Assembly: GCA_017545535.1 (NCBI GenBank)
Contig: JAFWMS010000033.1
Coordinates: 41,889 to 105,888, forward strand
DNA from: Clostridia bacterium
GTDB lineage: Bacteria; Bacillota; Clostridia; Christensenellales; CAG-138
DNA: 64,000 nucleotides
Direction: 5' to 3'
Part shown: piece by piece, positions 41,767 through 50,940 of the stretch
Layout of the letters: the number at the start of each line of letters is the position of its first letter
Numbering within the stretch: position 1 is the first letter of the stretch
Position numbers and translations under genes: made by a program
The notes under the pieces: generated by a model
The model's database searches: none
Told to the model about the DNA's origin: nothing
What the model saw: only the letters and a program-made list of their open reading frames with translations

Positions 41767-43128
41767 TTATGCCCAGATGAACCAGATCAGCAGATAGCCT
41801 GTGATCACCGCAGCCAGGGTGAAGGGAACGCCGAACTTCATGAAGGTCCCGGCCTTCACTTCGTACCCCTCCCGGCGGAGGATGCCGATGCCCGCGATGT
41901 TGGCGGAGGCACCGATGGGGGTCAAATTCCCGCCCAATGTGGCGCCGCAGAGGAGGCCGTAGTAGAAGAGCTTCGGGCTGATGGCTACGCCGCCTGCGGA
42001 GGAGAGATCTGCGGCCAACACCGCCACCACGGGCAGCATGGTGGTGGTATAGGGGATGTTATCGATGAAGGCGGAGAGGAGCACGGACACCCACACGATC
42101 ACGCTGTACACCAGGAACAGATCGCCCCGGGTGCCGCCGCCGTTCAGCTTGGCGATGGTCTGGCCCAACAGGTCGATGACCCCCGCCCGGGAGATGCCGC
42201 CGATGACCACGAACAGGCCCATGAGCAGGATGATGGTGTAATAATCGATTTCCTTCAATGCCCCCTTCACCGTGGAGGAGTTCTTGTTTTTCAGCAGATC
42301 GCGGAGGAGACCGATCACGAAGAAACCCACGCAGATGAGGCCGTTGGTGATGTCCGGCTTATAGAACTGGCCGGGTTTGGCGCCGGTCTTGTAGGGGATG
42401 AAGGAAACGGCGATGAGGCAGACCAGGGTGCCGAGAAGCAGCCAGGTAGGGAACAGGTCCTGCACCTTGGTCCGTTCGTGCATGTTGACCGGCTCGTTCT
42501 CGTGGCGGAACATGAACAGCAGCACCAGAGCGCTCGCAAGGGCGCCCAGCTCCACCACGAAGAACATGCCCATGTGGCCTTCATCCACAAAGAAGTCCAA
42601 GAAGTCCAGATTTGCCGCCTTGGCCAGGAGGATGCTGGTGGTGTCGCCCACCAGGGTGGCCGCTCCCTGCAGGTTGCTGGAGACGGCGATGCAGATGATG
42701 GGGGCCACAGGGGAGATATTCAGCTTTTTGCACATGGCCAGGGCCACAGGGGCGATCATAAGCACCGTGGCCACGTTGTCCACGAAGGCGGAGATGAAGC
42801 CCGCGAACAGGGACAGGGAAAGAACCGCCCACTTGACGCTGGGGGTCTTGTCCACCAGCACATCCGCCATAAGCTGGGGCATCTTGGACTCGATGAACAG
42901 ATACACCGTGCCCATGGTGCCTACGATCATCATGATCACGTTCCAGTCGATCTCCTTGAGGGCCTCCAGGGGCGAATAGGAGAAGCCGGGGAACACGCCC
43001 AGATTCCCCACGATCACGAAGATCAGGGCGGAGATCACGGCGGCGTGGGGCCGGATCTTTTGAAAAGCCATCATCACGATATAGGTGACGGCAAAGAGGA
43101 TCAAAGCGAACAGGGTGACGGTCTCCAT
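41767..43128 (-). CDS. ArsB/NhaD-superfamily (citrate-transporter-like) permease
   Basis: ATG at 43128, 7 nt after GGAGG. About 11-12 TM helices. Internal duplication typical of the IT superfamily. Confidence 0.6.
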   Translation of the reverse strand: METVTLFALILFAVTYIVMMAFQKIRPHAAVISALIFVIVGNLGVFPGFSYSPLEALKEIDWNVIMMIVGTMGTVYLFIESKMPQLMADVLVDKTPSVKWAVLSLSLFAGFISAFVDNVATVLMIAPVALAMCKKLNISPVAPIICIAVSSNLQGAATLVGDTTSILLAKAANLDFLDFFVDEGHMGMFFVVELGALASALVLLFMFRHENEPVNMHERTKVQDLFPTWLLLGTLVCLIAVSFIPYKTGAKPGQFYKPDITNGLICVGFFVIGLLRDLLKNKNSSTVKGALKEIDYYTIILLMGLFVVIGGISRAGVIDLLGQTIAKLNGGGTRGDLFLVYSVIVWVSVLLSAFIDNIPYTTTMLPVVAVLAADLSSAGGVAISPKLFYYGLLCGATLGGNLTPIGASANIAGIGILRREGYEVKAGTFMKFGVPFTLAAVITGYLLIWFIWA

Positions 43129-43360
43129 GTAGAGGCCTCCTTTGCAGTTGGTGTCATCCATACCTTACCATATTTCTTTCCCGCTTTCCAGCCCCCGATT
43201 TCATATAAAAGCGAAGAAAAACGAGCAAGATACCTCTTTGACAGGCGAAAAATCTATTGTCAATAGATATTTTTTATTCTTAGGAGTGTGATGGACGGAC
43301 AAAAGAAAGGGGCGCTTTTTCTTTTCGTTCGTATATAATGCCTGCCATGACAAGAAATGG

Positions 43361-43389
43361 TTGCAAAACGTTTTGCAGGAAGGTACAAT
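43361..43389 (+). promoter_or_regulatory. sigma-A promoter (TTGCAA-17-TACAAT) overlapped by a perfect 16-bp palindrome TGCAAAACGTTTTGCA (43362-43377)
   Basis: Hexamers at 43361-43366 and 43384-43389. The CG-centred palindrome covers the -35 element. Confidence 0.55.
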
Positions 43390-43441
43390 ACTTTTAAGGC
43401 CTGTGCCTGTATTTTATCAACATGAAGCGAGGTCAGTGATC

Positions 43442-44758
43442 ATGAATCAAAAGTACACCAACTCTATCGGCGTTCTCGTCCCGGAAGTGATGCTCCCGCC
43501 CAAGGGAACGGACATGATGAAGTGGGCCGTGGTGGCCTGCGATCAGTTCACCTCCCAGAAGGAATACTGGGAGGAGGCGCGCAAGATCATCGGCGACGCG
43601 CCCTCCACGCTGGACCTCATCCTGCCCGAAGCGTACCTCGGCAGCCCCGACGAGCCTGAGCGCATCGCGGCGATCAAGGCCAACATGAAGGAGTATTTGA
43701 AAAGGGGCATCCTTCAGAAGCAGCCCCAGGGCTTCGTGCTGGTGGAGCGGACGGCCAACGGTAACACTCGCCATGGCCTGGTCATGGCCCTGGATCTGGA
43801 GGAATACGACTATTCCAAGGGCTCCGGCACCCTGATCCGCGCCACCGAAGGGACCATCGTCTCCCGCATCCCGCCGCGCCTCAAGATCCGGGAGGGCGCC
43901 GCGGTGGAGCTGCCCCATATCCTGGTCCTCATCGACGATCCCGAGCGCACCGTCATCGAGCCCTTGGTGAAGAAGGCGGCGGAGCTCCCTTGCCTCTACG
44001 ACACCGACCTCATGCTGGGCGGCGGCCACATCTCCGGCCGTCTGGTGGCGGGGGAGGGGGACGTGGTGAACGTGCTCTCCGCCCTCACCAAGCTGGCCGA
44101 CAAGGCCGCCTTTGAAAAGAAGTACGGCGATCATCCCGTGCTCCTTTTCGCCATGGGCGACGGGAACCACAGCCTGGCCACCGCCAAGGCTAACTGGGAG
44201 AAGATCAAGGCCACCCTGCCCGAATGTGAGCGGGCCGATCATCCCGCCCGGTACGCCCTCATCGAGCTCAACAACGTCCATGACGAGGGCATCATCTTCG
44301 AGCCCATCCATCGGGTGGTCTTCGGCGTGGAGGGGAAGGCCTTTCTGGACGCCCTCCAAAAGAAGCTGGCGGAGCAGAACGGGGCCGTACAGGTCCTGCC
44401 CGGGGCCAAAAAGGCCGAGGGGGGCGAAAAGCACGTGATCCCCTTCTTCTACGGCGATGCCGAGGGTACCCTGGTGGTGAGTAAGCCTGCGGCACAGCTG
44501 GCCGTGGGGACGCTGCAGAACGCCATCGACGCCGTGCTCAAGGAGCTGGGCGGTGAGGTAGACTACATCCACGGCGACGACGTGGTGAAGGACCTCTCCA
44601 AGAAGCCCAACGCCATCGGTTTCCTGCTCCCCACCATGCAGAAGGGCGAGCTTTTCTCCACCGTGGTCTTTGACGGCGCCCTGCCCCGCAAGACCTTCTC
44701 CATGGGCGAGGCCGCCGAGAAGCGGTACTACCTGGAAGCCCGACTGCTGGAGAAGTAA
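43442..44758 (+). CDS. DUF1015 family protein
   Basis: ATG at 43442. The N-terminal KWAVVACDQFTSQ and overall layout match my recollection of DUF1015. Confidence 0.65.
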   Translation: MNQKYTNSIGVLVPEVMLPPKGTDMMKWAVVACDQFTSQKEYWEEARKIIGDAPSTLDLILPEAYLGSPDEPERIAAIKANMKEYLKRGILQKQPQGFVLVERTANGNTRHGLVMALDLEEYDYSKGSGTLIRATEGTIVSRIPPRLKIREGAAVELPHILVLIDDPERTVIEPLVKKAAELPCLYDTDLMLGGGHISGRLVAGEGDVVNVLSALTKLADKAAFEKKYGDHPVLLFAMGDGNHSLATAKANWEKIKATLPECERADHPARYALIELNNVHDEGIIFEPIHRVVFGVEGKAFLDALQKKLAEQNGAVQVLPGAKKAEGGEKHVIPFFYGDAEGTLVVSKPAAQLAVGTLQNAIDAVLKELGGEVDYIHGDDVVKDLSKKPNAIGFLLPTMQKGELFSTVVFDGALPRKTFSMGEAAEKRYYLEARLLEK

Positions 44759-44784
44759 GTCAAGACAACAGAATCAAGCATAGC

Positions 44785-44811
44785 AAAAGGAGCGGCAAGC
44801 CGCTCCTTTTG
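44785..44811 (+). terminator. rho-independent terminator
   Basis: AAAAGGAGCGG-caag-CCGCTCCTTTT. Confidence 0.8.
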
Positions 44812-44916
44812 CATGGGAGAGAGGGTATTGGGATAAGAAGCTTTTTCAGCTGATCACTTTCTCTAGGGATAGAGTACCGCTGAAACCTTAAATCATTCTT
44901 AAATAATATATAATAT

Positions 44917-45378
44917 TTAGCTCCGGCTTGTCAAGACCCCTCTTAGGTCACGGATGGCGCCTCGGGGGCATTTCACCGCGCACATGCCGCAGCAGAGGCA
45001 TAGCGCCTCATCGATGGCGGAGAGGTTGTCCGTGACTTTGGCCGCCCCGGAGGGGCAGACCTTTTCACAGATGCCGCAGCCGATGCAGGACACTTCGCAG
45101 GCGGCCCGGGCCGTTTTGCCTAGATCCTGGTTAGAGCACTTCACCACGATGGGGTAGCCCGCCCCGTGCAGACGGATGATCCCCTGGGGGCATTCCGCCA
45201 CACAGGCGCCGCAGCCCCGGCATTTGGTTTCATCCACTTCCGCCACGCCGCTGTCGTTCAGGGAGATGGCGTCGAAGGGGCAAATGGCCTGGCACATGCC
45301 GCAGCCAAGGCAGCCATAGCCGCAGTCCGTGTTTCGGCAGCCGCCGTTGCAGGCCACCAAGGCGAACCGTTTTTCCAT
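44917..45378 (-). CDS. poly-ferredoxin (four CxxCxxCxxxCP-type 4Fe-4S motifs)
   Basis: CLGCGMCQAICP, CRGCGACVAECP, CIGCGICEKVCP and CLCCGMCAVKCP. The start shares 1 nt with the stop of the upstream molybdoenzyme gene (TAATG). Confidence 0.85.
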   Translation of the reverse strand: MEKRFALVACNGGCRNTDCGYGCLGCGMCQAICPFDAISLNDSGVAEVDETKCRGCGACVAECPQGIIRLHGAGYPIVVKCSNQDLGKTARAACEVSCIGCGICEKVCPSGAAKVTDNLSAIDEALCLCCGMCAVKCPRGAIRDLRGVLTSRS

Positions 45379-47960
45379 TATCGGTCCCTCCTTTCATAGG
45401 GCGTGTCTTCCAAAGGCAGCCGGGTCCGCCGTTTCCCGTCCAGCTGGTAGTAGGCCTCCGCGATGGCCGGGGCCGTGGGAATGGAGGTGATCTCCCCGAT
45501 GCCGATGGCCCCGCACGCTACGTCCAGGCCCGGCTTGTCCACGACTATCGCCTGGATGTCCGGGATCTCGTGGGCCCGGAACAGGCCTAACTTGCCGAAT
45601 CTGTCAATGGGCTTGCAGTTCTCGTCGATGGGGTACTGCTCCCGCAGGGCGTAGCCCATGCTCATGACCACGCCGCCCTCGATCTGCCCCTCGCAGGAGC
45701 GGGGGTTCACGGCCTTGCCCACGTCGTGGACCGCCACCATGGACTCGATCCGGCCCGTCTTTTTATCCAAAATGCACATCTGGGTGGCGTAGCCGTAGGC
45801 CACGTGGGACACGGGATGGGGCACGTCCGCCCCCAGCTTGTCGGTCTTGGCGAGATACTCGCCGTAGAAAACTTCGCCGTTCAGCTCCTTCAGCGTGTGC
45901 TCCTTGAGGGCTTCCGTCAGCTTCTCGCAGGCCCGGCGGCAGGCTTCCCCGGTAATCAGGGTCTGGCGGGAGCCGGAGGAGTCGCCGGAGTCGGGGGCGA
46001 TCCAGGTGTTGGAGCGTTCGTAGACCACATCGTCCCGCTCAAGGGGCGTGTTGGTCACCACCATTTGCACGAGGACGGTGCCCAATCCCTGGCCGATGCA
46101 GGAGGCGCCGGCGTAGATGTGGACCTTTTCATCTTTCTCCACGATCAGCTTGCACCGGCCCCAGTCGGGGAGCCCCACGCCCACACCGGAGTTCTTCATG
46201 GCGCAGGCCAGGCCCACCGGCTTCCCGGCGGCCACGGCAGCGTCGTAAAAGGGCTTGATGATCTCCAGCGTCTCCACAAGGCCCGTCTCCACTCCCACGA
46301 TCTGGCCGTTGGGAAGCTCCTGACCGGGGCGGATGGCGTTTCGATAGCGGATCTCCCAGGGGGAGATGCCGACCTTTTCGGCCATTTCGTTCAAAAGGGA
46401 CTCGATGGCGAAGCAGGTCTGGGTCACGCCGAAGCCCCGAAAGGCCCCGGCGGGGGGATTGTTGGTGTAGTAGGCCGTGCCCTCGATCTCGAAATTCTGA
46501 TAGTTGTAGGGGCCAGAGGCGTGGGTGCAGGCCCGCTCCAGCACGGGGCCCCCCAGGGAGGCAAAGGCGCCGGTGTCGGAATAGACCGAGGCCTTCACGC
46601 CCTGGATGATGCCGTTTTCGTCGCAGCCGATGGTGAAATCCATCCAGAAAGGGTGGCGCTTGGGGTGGATGAGCAGACTTTCCGCCCTACTCAGCTTCAC
46701 CTTCACCGCCCGTCCGGTGAGATAGGTGATGAGGGCCGCGTGGTGCTGGACCGTCATGTCCTCCTTGCCGCCGAAGCCACCGCCCACCAGCTGGTTCTGG
46801 ACCCGAACCTTTTCGCTGCCCAGCAGGAGCTTGCACTCGTGGAGGGTGGTGTGGGAGGACTGGTCCGTGGAGAGGATGCGCACATAGCCGTCCTCGTCCC
46901 AGTAGGCCACGGCGCATTCCGGCTCCAGGAAGGCGTGCTCCGTCCAGGGGGTCTCGAAGTGCTTCTCTATCACGTATTTCGACCGGGCGATGGCCCCCGC
47001 GGCGTCACCCCGGGACACATGCTTGTAGGCCTGAACGTTGTTTTCCTCTTCGTCGAAGACCTTGGGAGCGTCGGGGGCTTTGGCCTCCTCGGGACCGTGG
47101 ACGGGGGGCAGGGGCTCGTAGGTGACCTTCACCAGCTTCTTGGCCTTTTCCAAGGTCTCCTGATCCTCCGCCACCACGAGAGCGATGGGGTCCCCCAGCC
47201 AGTGGGTCAGGCCGCCGATGGGGATGAGGGAGTATTGGTCGTGCTTGATGTGGCCAACCTTGTTCTCCCCGGGGATGTCCTGGGCGGTGATCACCGCCAC
47301 CACGCCGGGCAGAGCCCTGGCTTTTTCCATGTCGATATCCAGCACCCGGGCCCGGGGGTATTGGCTGCGGACCGCGGAACCGTAGGTCATGTTGGGCAAA
47401 TACCAGTCGTCCGGGTATTTGCCGTAGCCCAGGACCTTCTCCTCCACATCCAGCCGATGGACGCTGCTGCCCAGCTTCCAGTCGGTCTCGGAGGGGGCGG
47501 GGATCACGCCCTCTCGCTTCAGCTTGGCCGCCAGCTCTATGGCCTTGATGATCTTCACGTACCCCGTGCAGCGGCAATAGTTGTTGCGGATGGCGTAGCG
47601 GATCTGCTCCTCCGTGGGATCGTCCACCTTGTCGAGCAGCGCCTTGGTGCACAGCACCATCCCCGGAATGCAGAAGCCGCACTGGACGGCCCCGGCCTCC
47701 CCGTAGGCGTAGGTGTAGAGTTGCTTTTCAAAGTCGGAAAGCCCTTCCACGGTGAGGATATGCCGGCCCTCCAGATTGTCCGTCCTGGGCACGCATGCCC
47801 GGCAGGGCTCCCCGTCGATGAGCACGGTGCAGGCCCCGCAGGCGCCCTCGGAGCAGCCGTCCTTCACGGAGGTGAGGTGAAGCTCATCTCGCAAAAAACG
47901 CAGCAGGGTCTGATTTTTATGGACTGTGACGGAGTTTCCGTTTACATAGAATGTCGCCAT
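45378..47960 (-). CDS. xanthine dehydrogenase-family molybdopterin enzyme with fused N-terminal [2Fe-2S] domains (XdhD/Mop-like, no FAD domain)
   Basis: CSEGACGACTV and CGFCIPGM..YCRCTGY 2Fe-2S motifs, followed by aldehyde-oxidase/xanthine-dehydrogenase a/b-hammerhead and Mo-binding regions (GGGFGGKE). 860 aa. Confidence 0.85.
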   Translation of the reverse strand: MATFYVNGNSVTVHKNQTLLRFLRDELHLTSVKDGCSEGACGACTVLIDGEPCRACVPRTDNLEGRHILTVEGLSDFEKQLYTYAYGEAGAVQCGFCIPGMVLCTKALLDKVDDPTEEQIRYAIRNNYCRCTGYVKIIKAIELAAKLKREGVIPAPSETDWKLGSSVHRLDVEEKVLGYGKYPDDWYLPNMTYGSAVRSQYPRARVLDIDMEKARALPGVVAVITAQDIPGENKVGHIKHDQYSLIPIGGLTHWLGDPIALVVAEDQETLEKAKKLVKVTYEPLPPVHGPEEAKAPDAPKVFDEEENNVQAYKHVSRGDAAGAIARSKYVIEKHFETPWTEHAFLEPECAVAYWDEDGYVRILSTDQSSHTTLHECKLLLGSEKVRVQNQLVGGGFGGKEDMTVQHHAALITYLTGRAVKVKLSRAESLLIHPKRHPFWMDFTIGCDENGIIQGVKASVYSDTGAFASLGGPVLERACTHASGPYNYQNFEIEGTAYYTNNPPAGAFRGFGVTQTCFAIESLLNEMAEKVGISPWEIRYRNAIRPGQELPNGQIVGVETGLVETLEIIKPFYDAAVAAGKPVGLACAMKNSGVGVGLPDWGRCKLIVEKDEKVHIYAGASCIGQGLGTVLVQMVVTNTPLERDDVVYERSNTWIAPDSGDSSGSRQTLITGEACRRACEKLTEALKEHTLKELNGEVFYGEYLAKTDKLGADVPHPVSHVAYGYATQMCILDKKTGRIESMVAVHDVGKAVNPRSCEGQIEGGVVMSMGYALREQYPIDENCKPIDRFGKLGLFRAHEIPDIQAIVVDKPGLDVACGAIGIGEITSIPTAPAIAEAYYQLDGKRRTRLPLEDTPYERRDR

Positions 47961-47970
47961 GGTTCTCCTC

Positions 47971-50919
47971 TTAGACCAGCAGATAGGGGTAGTCCTTCAG
48001 CACCGTCAGGATCAGCATCTCGATGTCCTTGTCCAGGTCATTCGCCTTGGAAAGGTCGTACTTCTTTTCCCTCTCGTTCAGCCGGACCTTCACCTGCTTT
48101 TTCTTCAGGTTCGTCACGCAGAAGCCCTGGTTGGCGCTTTCGGCAAAGTCCTTTTCGTTCTCGAACAGGGTGAACTTGTCCTTGTAGGGCCGGGAGGCGT
48201 AGGGACAGAAGGAGGCGCAGTTGCCGCACTCGTTGCAAAGGTAGTCGAGATGCAAAATCTGGGACTCCTTCTTCCCTGGGATACGAACGGCGGCGTTGGC
48301 CCGGTTGGGGCACACGGACACGCAGTTCTCGCAGAGCTCGTTGCAGTGCAGGCACACGTCCTCCGGGTCGCCGTCAAGCTTCACCAGACCCTTGCGCTCC
48401 AAAAGGGCCGCTTCATCCGACTCGACACCCTTGGGCAGGGCGTAGGTCCTGGCTTCGCCCACGATGGCTTCCGTGGCCGCCAGTGCGTCCGCCATGGCCT
48501 CTACCACGGTGGCCGGGCCCCGCCGAGCGTCGCCCAGCACGAATACCTTTCCGCTGCGGAGGACGGGCCGCCCCTTTTCGTTCAGGGCAGCACCGTAGGC
48601 AAGGAGCAGGTCCGTATCCACCTTCTCGCCCAGGGAGGCGATGAGGGAGGAGCAGGGAAGGGAAACCTCTTCGCCCGTGTCCACTGGGGACCGGCGGCCG
48701 GAGGCGTCCGGCTCGCCCAGGACCATCCTGTGGCAGAGGAGCGATTCACCGTCGGCCTTCACAGGCGACAGCAGCTCCTTGAACTGGACGCCCTCCTTCA
48801 GGGTCAGGAGCATCTCCTCCTCGTCGGCGGGCATATACTTCTTGGTGCGACGGTAGACGATGGACACGTCCTTCACCCCGGGCACTCGGAGAGCCGCCCG
48901 GGCACAGTCCATGGCCGTGTTGCCCGCGCCGATGACGATCACGTGCTCCCCCAGATCCAGGGGCTCGTTCCGCTTCAGCTTCTTCAAAAACTCGATGGCG
49001 TTGTATTCCTTCCCACCGATGTCCAGCCGGGAGGCCTTTTCGGCGCCTACGGCCAGCAGGATATAGTCGTACTCCTTTTCGAGCGCGGCAAGAGTGGGGG
49101 CGGGAGCGCCCAGCACGAGGGTGGCACCCAGGGAGGAGATAAGCTTAACGTCCCGGTCGATGGCCGCCGCCGGGATGCGGAAGGCGGGGATCACGTGGCG
49201 GACCGTGCCGCCCAGCTCCTTCTCCTTCTCGTACACCGTGACCTTGGCCCCCGCCCGGGTGAGGTAGAAGGCCGCCGCCATGCCCGCGGGACCGCCGCCG
49301 ATGACCGCCACCTTGGCCTTCGTCAGATGCTCCTTCTTCACGCCCCGGGCCATGAGGGCGCCGAAGCCCTTGCGGGCGGCGGTGAGCTTGGCCTTGCGGA
49401 TGTTCACGCTTTCGTCGTAGAAATTTCGGGTGCAGCGGCTCATGCAGGGATGGGCGCAGATGGTGCCCGTGATGAAGGGCAGGGCGTTCCTCTCCGTGAT
49501 GAGCTTCAATGACTCGGGGTATTTGCCCTTTTCGTTCAGGGCCAGGTACCCGGGGATGTCCTGATGGATGGGGCAGCCGCCCTGGCAGGGGGCCGTAAAG
49601 CAGCTCAAAAGCGGCACCTGCTCGTCGCTCTTCCGGCTGGGCAGGGGCTTGATGGGCTTGCGGTGATGCACGTCCTGAGCGGCCCTGTCGGAGAGGGCCC
49701 TGACCGCGGCGGGGTTCACCCCCGTAAAGGGCTTGTAGGCGCAGCGGGCGACCTCGTCCGCCAGCTCCCGGAACCGGTCATAGCCGCCAGGTTTTAAGAT
49801 GGTGGTGGCCACGGTGATGGGCCAGATGCCGGCCCTGAACAGGGCCTTGATGTTGAAGGCGTCGGCGCCGCCGGAGAAGGACAGCCGAAGCTTCCCGTCG
49901 AACTCCTCCGCCATGCGGGCGGCCATCTCGATGGTCAAGAGGTACAGGGACTTGCCGCTCATGTACATCTCCTCGCTGGGGAGTTCGTCTGCCTTCACGT
50001 CCACGGGGCAGGTGTTGCTGAGCTTCAAGCCGAAAGAGACCCCGTTCTCCGCTGCCAGCTTCAAGAGACGATGGAACATGGGTACCGCGTCCTTATATTG
50101 CAGGTCCTCCTTGAAATGGTGATCGTCGAAGGACACATAGTCGAACCCGGCCTCGTCCAAGCGCTTCCGAGCGAAGTCGTAGCCCAAGATAGTGGGGTTG
50201 CACTTCACCAGGGTGTGGAGCTTCTTCTCGGTGATGAGATAGCTGGCGATGCTCTCGATCTCCTCCGGCGGGCAGCCGTGGAGGGTGGAGATGGTCACGC
50301 TGGTGCAGATGCGGGGGTCGATGCCGTCGATATAGTCGCTGAGCTCCGGCAGCTGCTTCCTGGCCTCCTGGATGGCTTTCTTGAACGCTTCCGTGCCGGA
50401 GGCGTCCTTCATGCCCTCGATAAAGGTGTCGATCTTCTTCGTTTGGATGCCGGCCAGATCGTACCCGACACTCATGTTGAACATGAACCCGTTGGGGTCA
50501 CCGAGATGCCAGAGCTTCGAGATGATCTTGATGATCACATAGGCGTTCACATACTCCGTGAAGGCCTGGGGCACGGTGAGCTCCGTGGACCACTCGCAGT
50601 TATAGCCCTCGTCGTCCGCCTTGATGCAGGGCCGGTTGATGCACTTGGCCAGGTCCTCGCCGTCCATCTTTTGCACGGTCTTTAGCTCGAAGAACCGAGC
50701 GCCGGTGAAGTAGCCGGCGATGATGTTTTCGGAAAGCTGGGTATTGGGCCCGGCGGCGGGGCCAAAGGGGGTCTCTATCCGCCCGCCGAAGAGGGGCAGG
50801 CCCGGCCGATCTGCCTCGAATTTGGCGTGGACGCCGAAGACGGTGCCCTCCTGGGCATACTCCTTCAACACCCGGTCGAGGAGTTTATCAAAGGGAATGG
50901 GGTTCATCCGTTCGCTCAT
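47971..50919 (-). CDS. ygfK: YgfK-type FAD/FeS oxidoreductase (so-called putative selenate reductase subunit)
   Basis: 982 aa. N-terminal DHOD/DPD-like barrel, GltD-like GGGPAGMAAA and GAGNTAMDCAR dinucleotide folds, C-terminal CNELCENCVSVCP / CNECGNCASFCP ferredoxin motifs. Confidence 0.8.
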   Translation of the reverse strand: MSERMNPIPFDKLLDRVLKEYAQEGTVFGVHAKFEADRPGLPLFGGRIETPFGPAAGPNTQLSENIIAGYFTGARFFELKTVQKMDGEDLAKCINRPCIKADDEGYNCEWSTELTVPQAFTEYVNAYVIIKIISKLWHLGDPNGFMFNMSVGYDLAGIQTKKIDTFIEGMKDASGTEAFKKAIQEARKQLPELSDYIDGIDPRICTSVTISTLHGCPPEEIESIASYLITEKKLHTLVKCNPTILGYDFARKRLDEAGFDYVSFDDHHFKEDLQYKDAVPMFHRLLKLAAENGVSFGLKLSNTCPVDVKADELPSEEMYMSGKSLYLLTIEMAARMAEEFDGKLRLSFSGGADAFNIKALFRAGIWPITVATTILKPGGYDRFRELADEVARCAYKPFTGVNPAAVRALSDRAAQDVHHRKPIKPLPSRKSDEQVPLLSCFTAPCQGGCPIHQDIPGYLALNEKGKYPESLKLITERNALPFITGTICAHPCMSRCTRNFYDESVNIRKAKLTAARKGFGALMARGVKKEHLTKAKVAVIGGGPAGMAAAFYLTRAGAKVTVYEKEKELGGTVRHVIPAFRIPAAAIDRDVKLISSLGATLVLGAPAPTLAALEKEYDYILLAVGAEKASRLDIGGKEYNAIEFLKKLKRNEPLDLGEHVIVIGAGNTAMDCARAALRVPGVKDVSIVYRRTKKYMPADEEEMLLTLKEGVQFKELLSPVKADGESLLCHRMVLGEPDASGRRSPVDTGEEVSLPCSSLIASLGEKVDTDLLLAYGAALNEKGRPVLRSGKVFVLGDARRGPATVVEAMADALAATEAIVGEARTYALPKGVESDEAALLERKGLVKLDGDPEDVCLHCNELCENCVSVCPNRANAAVRIPGKKESQILHLDYLCNECGNCASFCPYASRPYKDKFTLFENEKDFAESANQGFCVTNLKKKQVKVRLNEREKKYDLSKANDLDKDIEMLILTVLKDYPYLLV

Positions 50920-50940
50920 AGTCTTTGCCTCCTGATGCGA

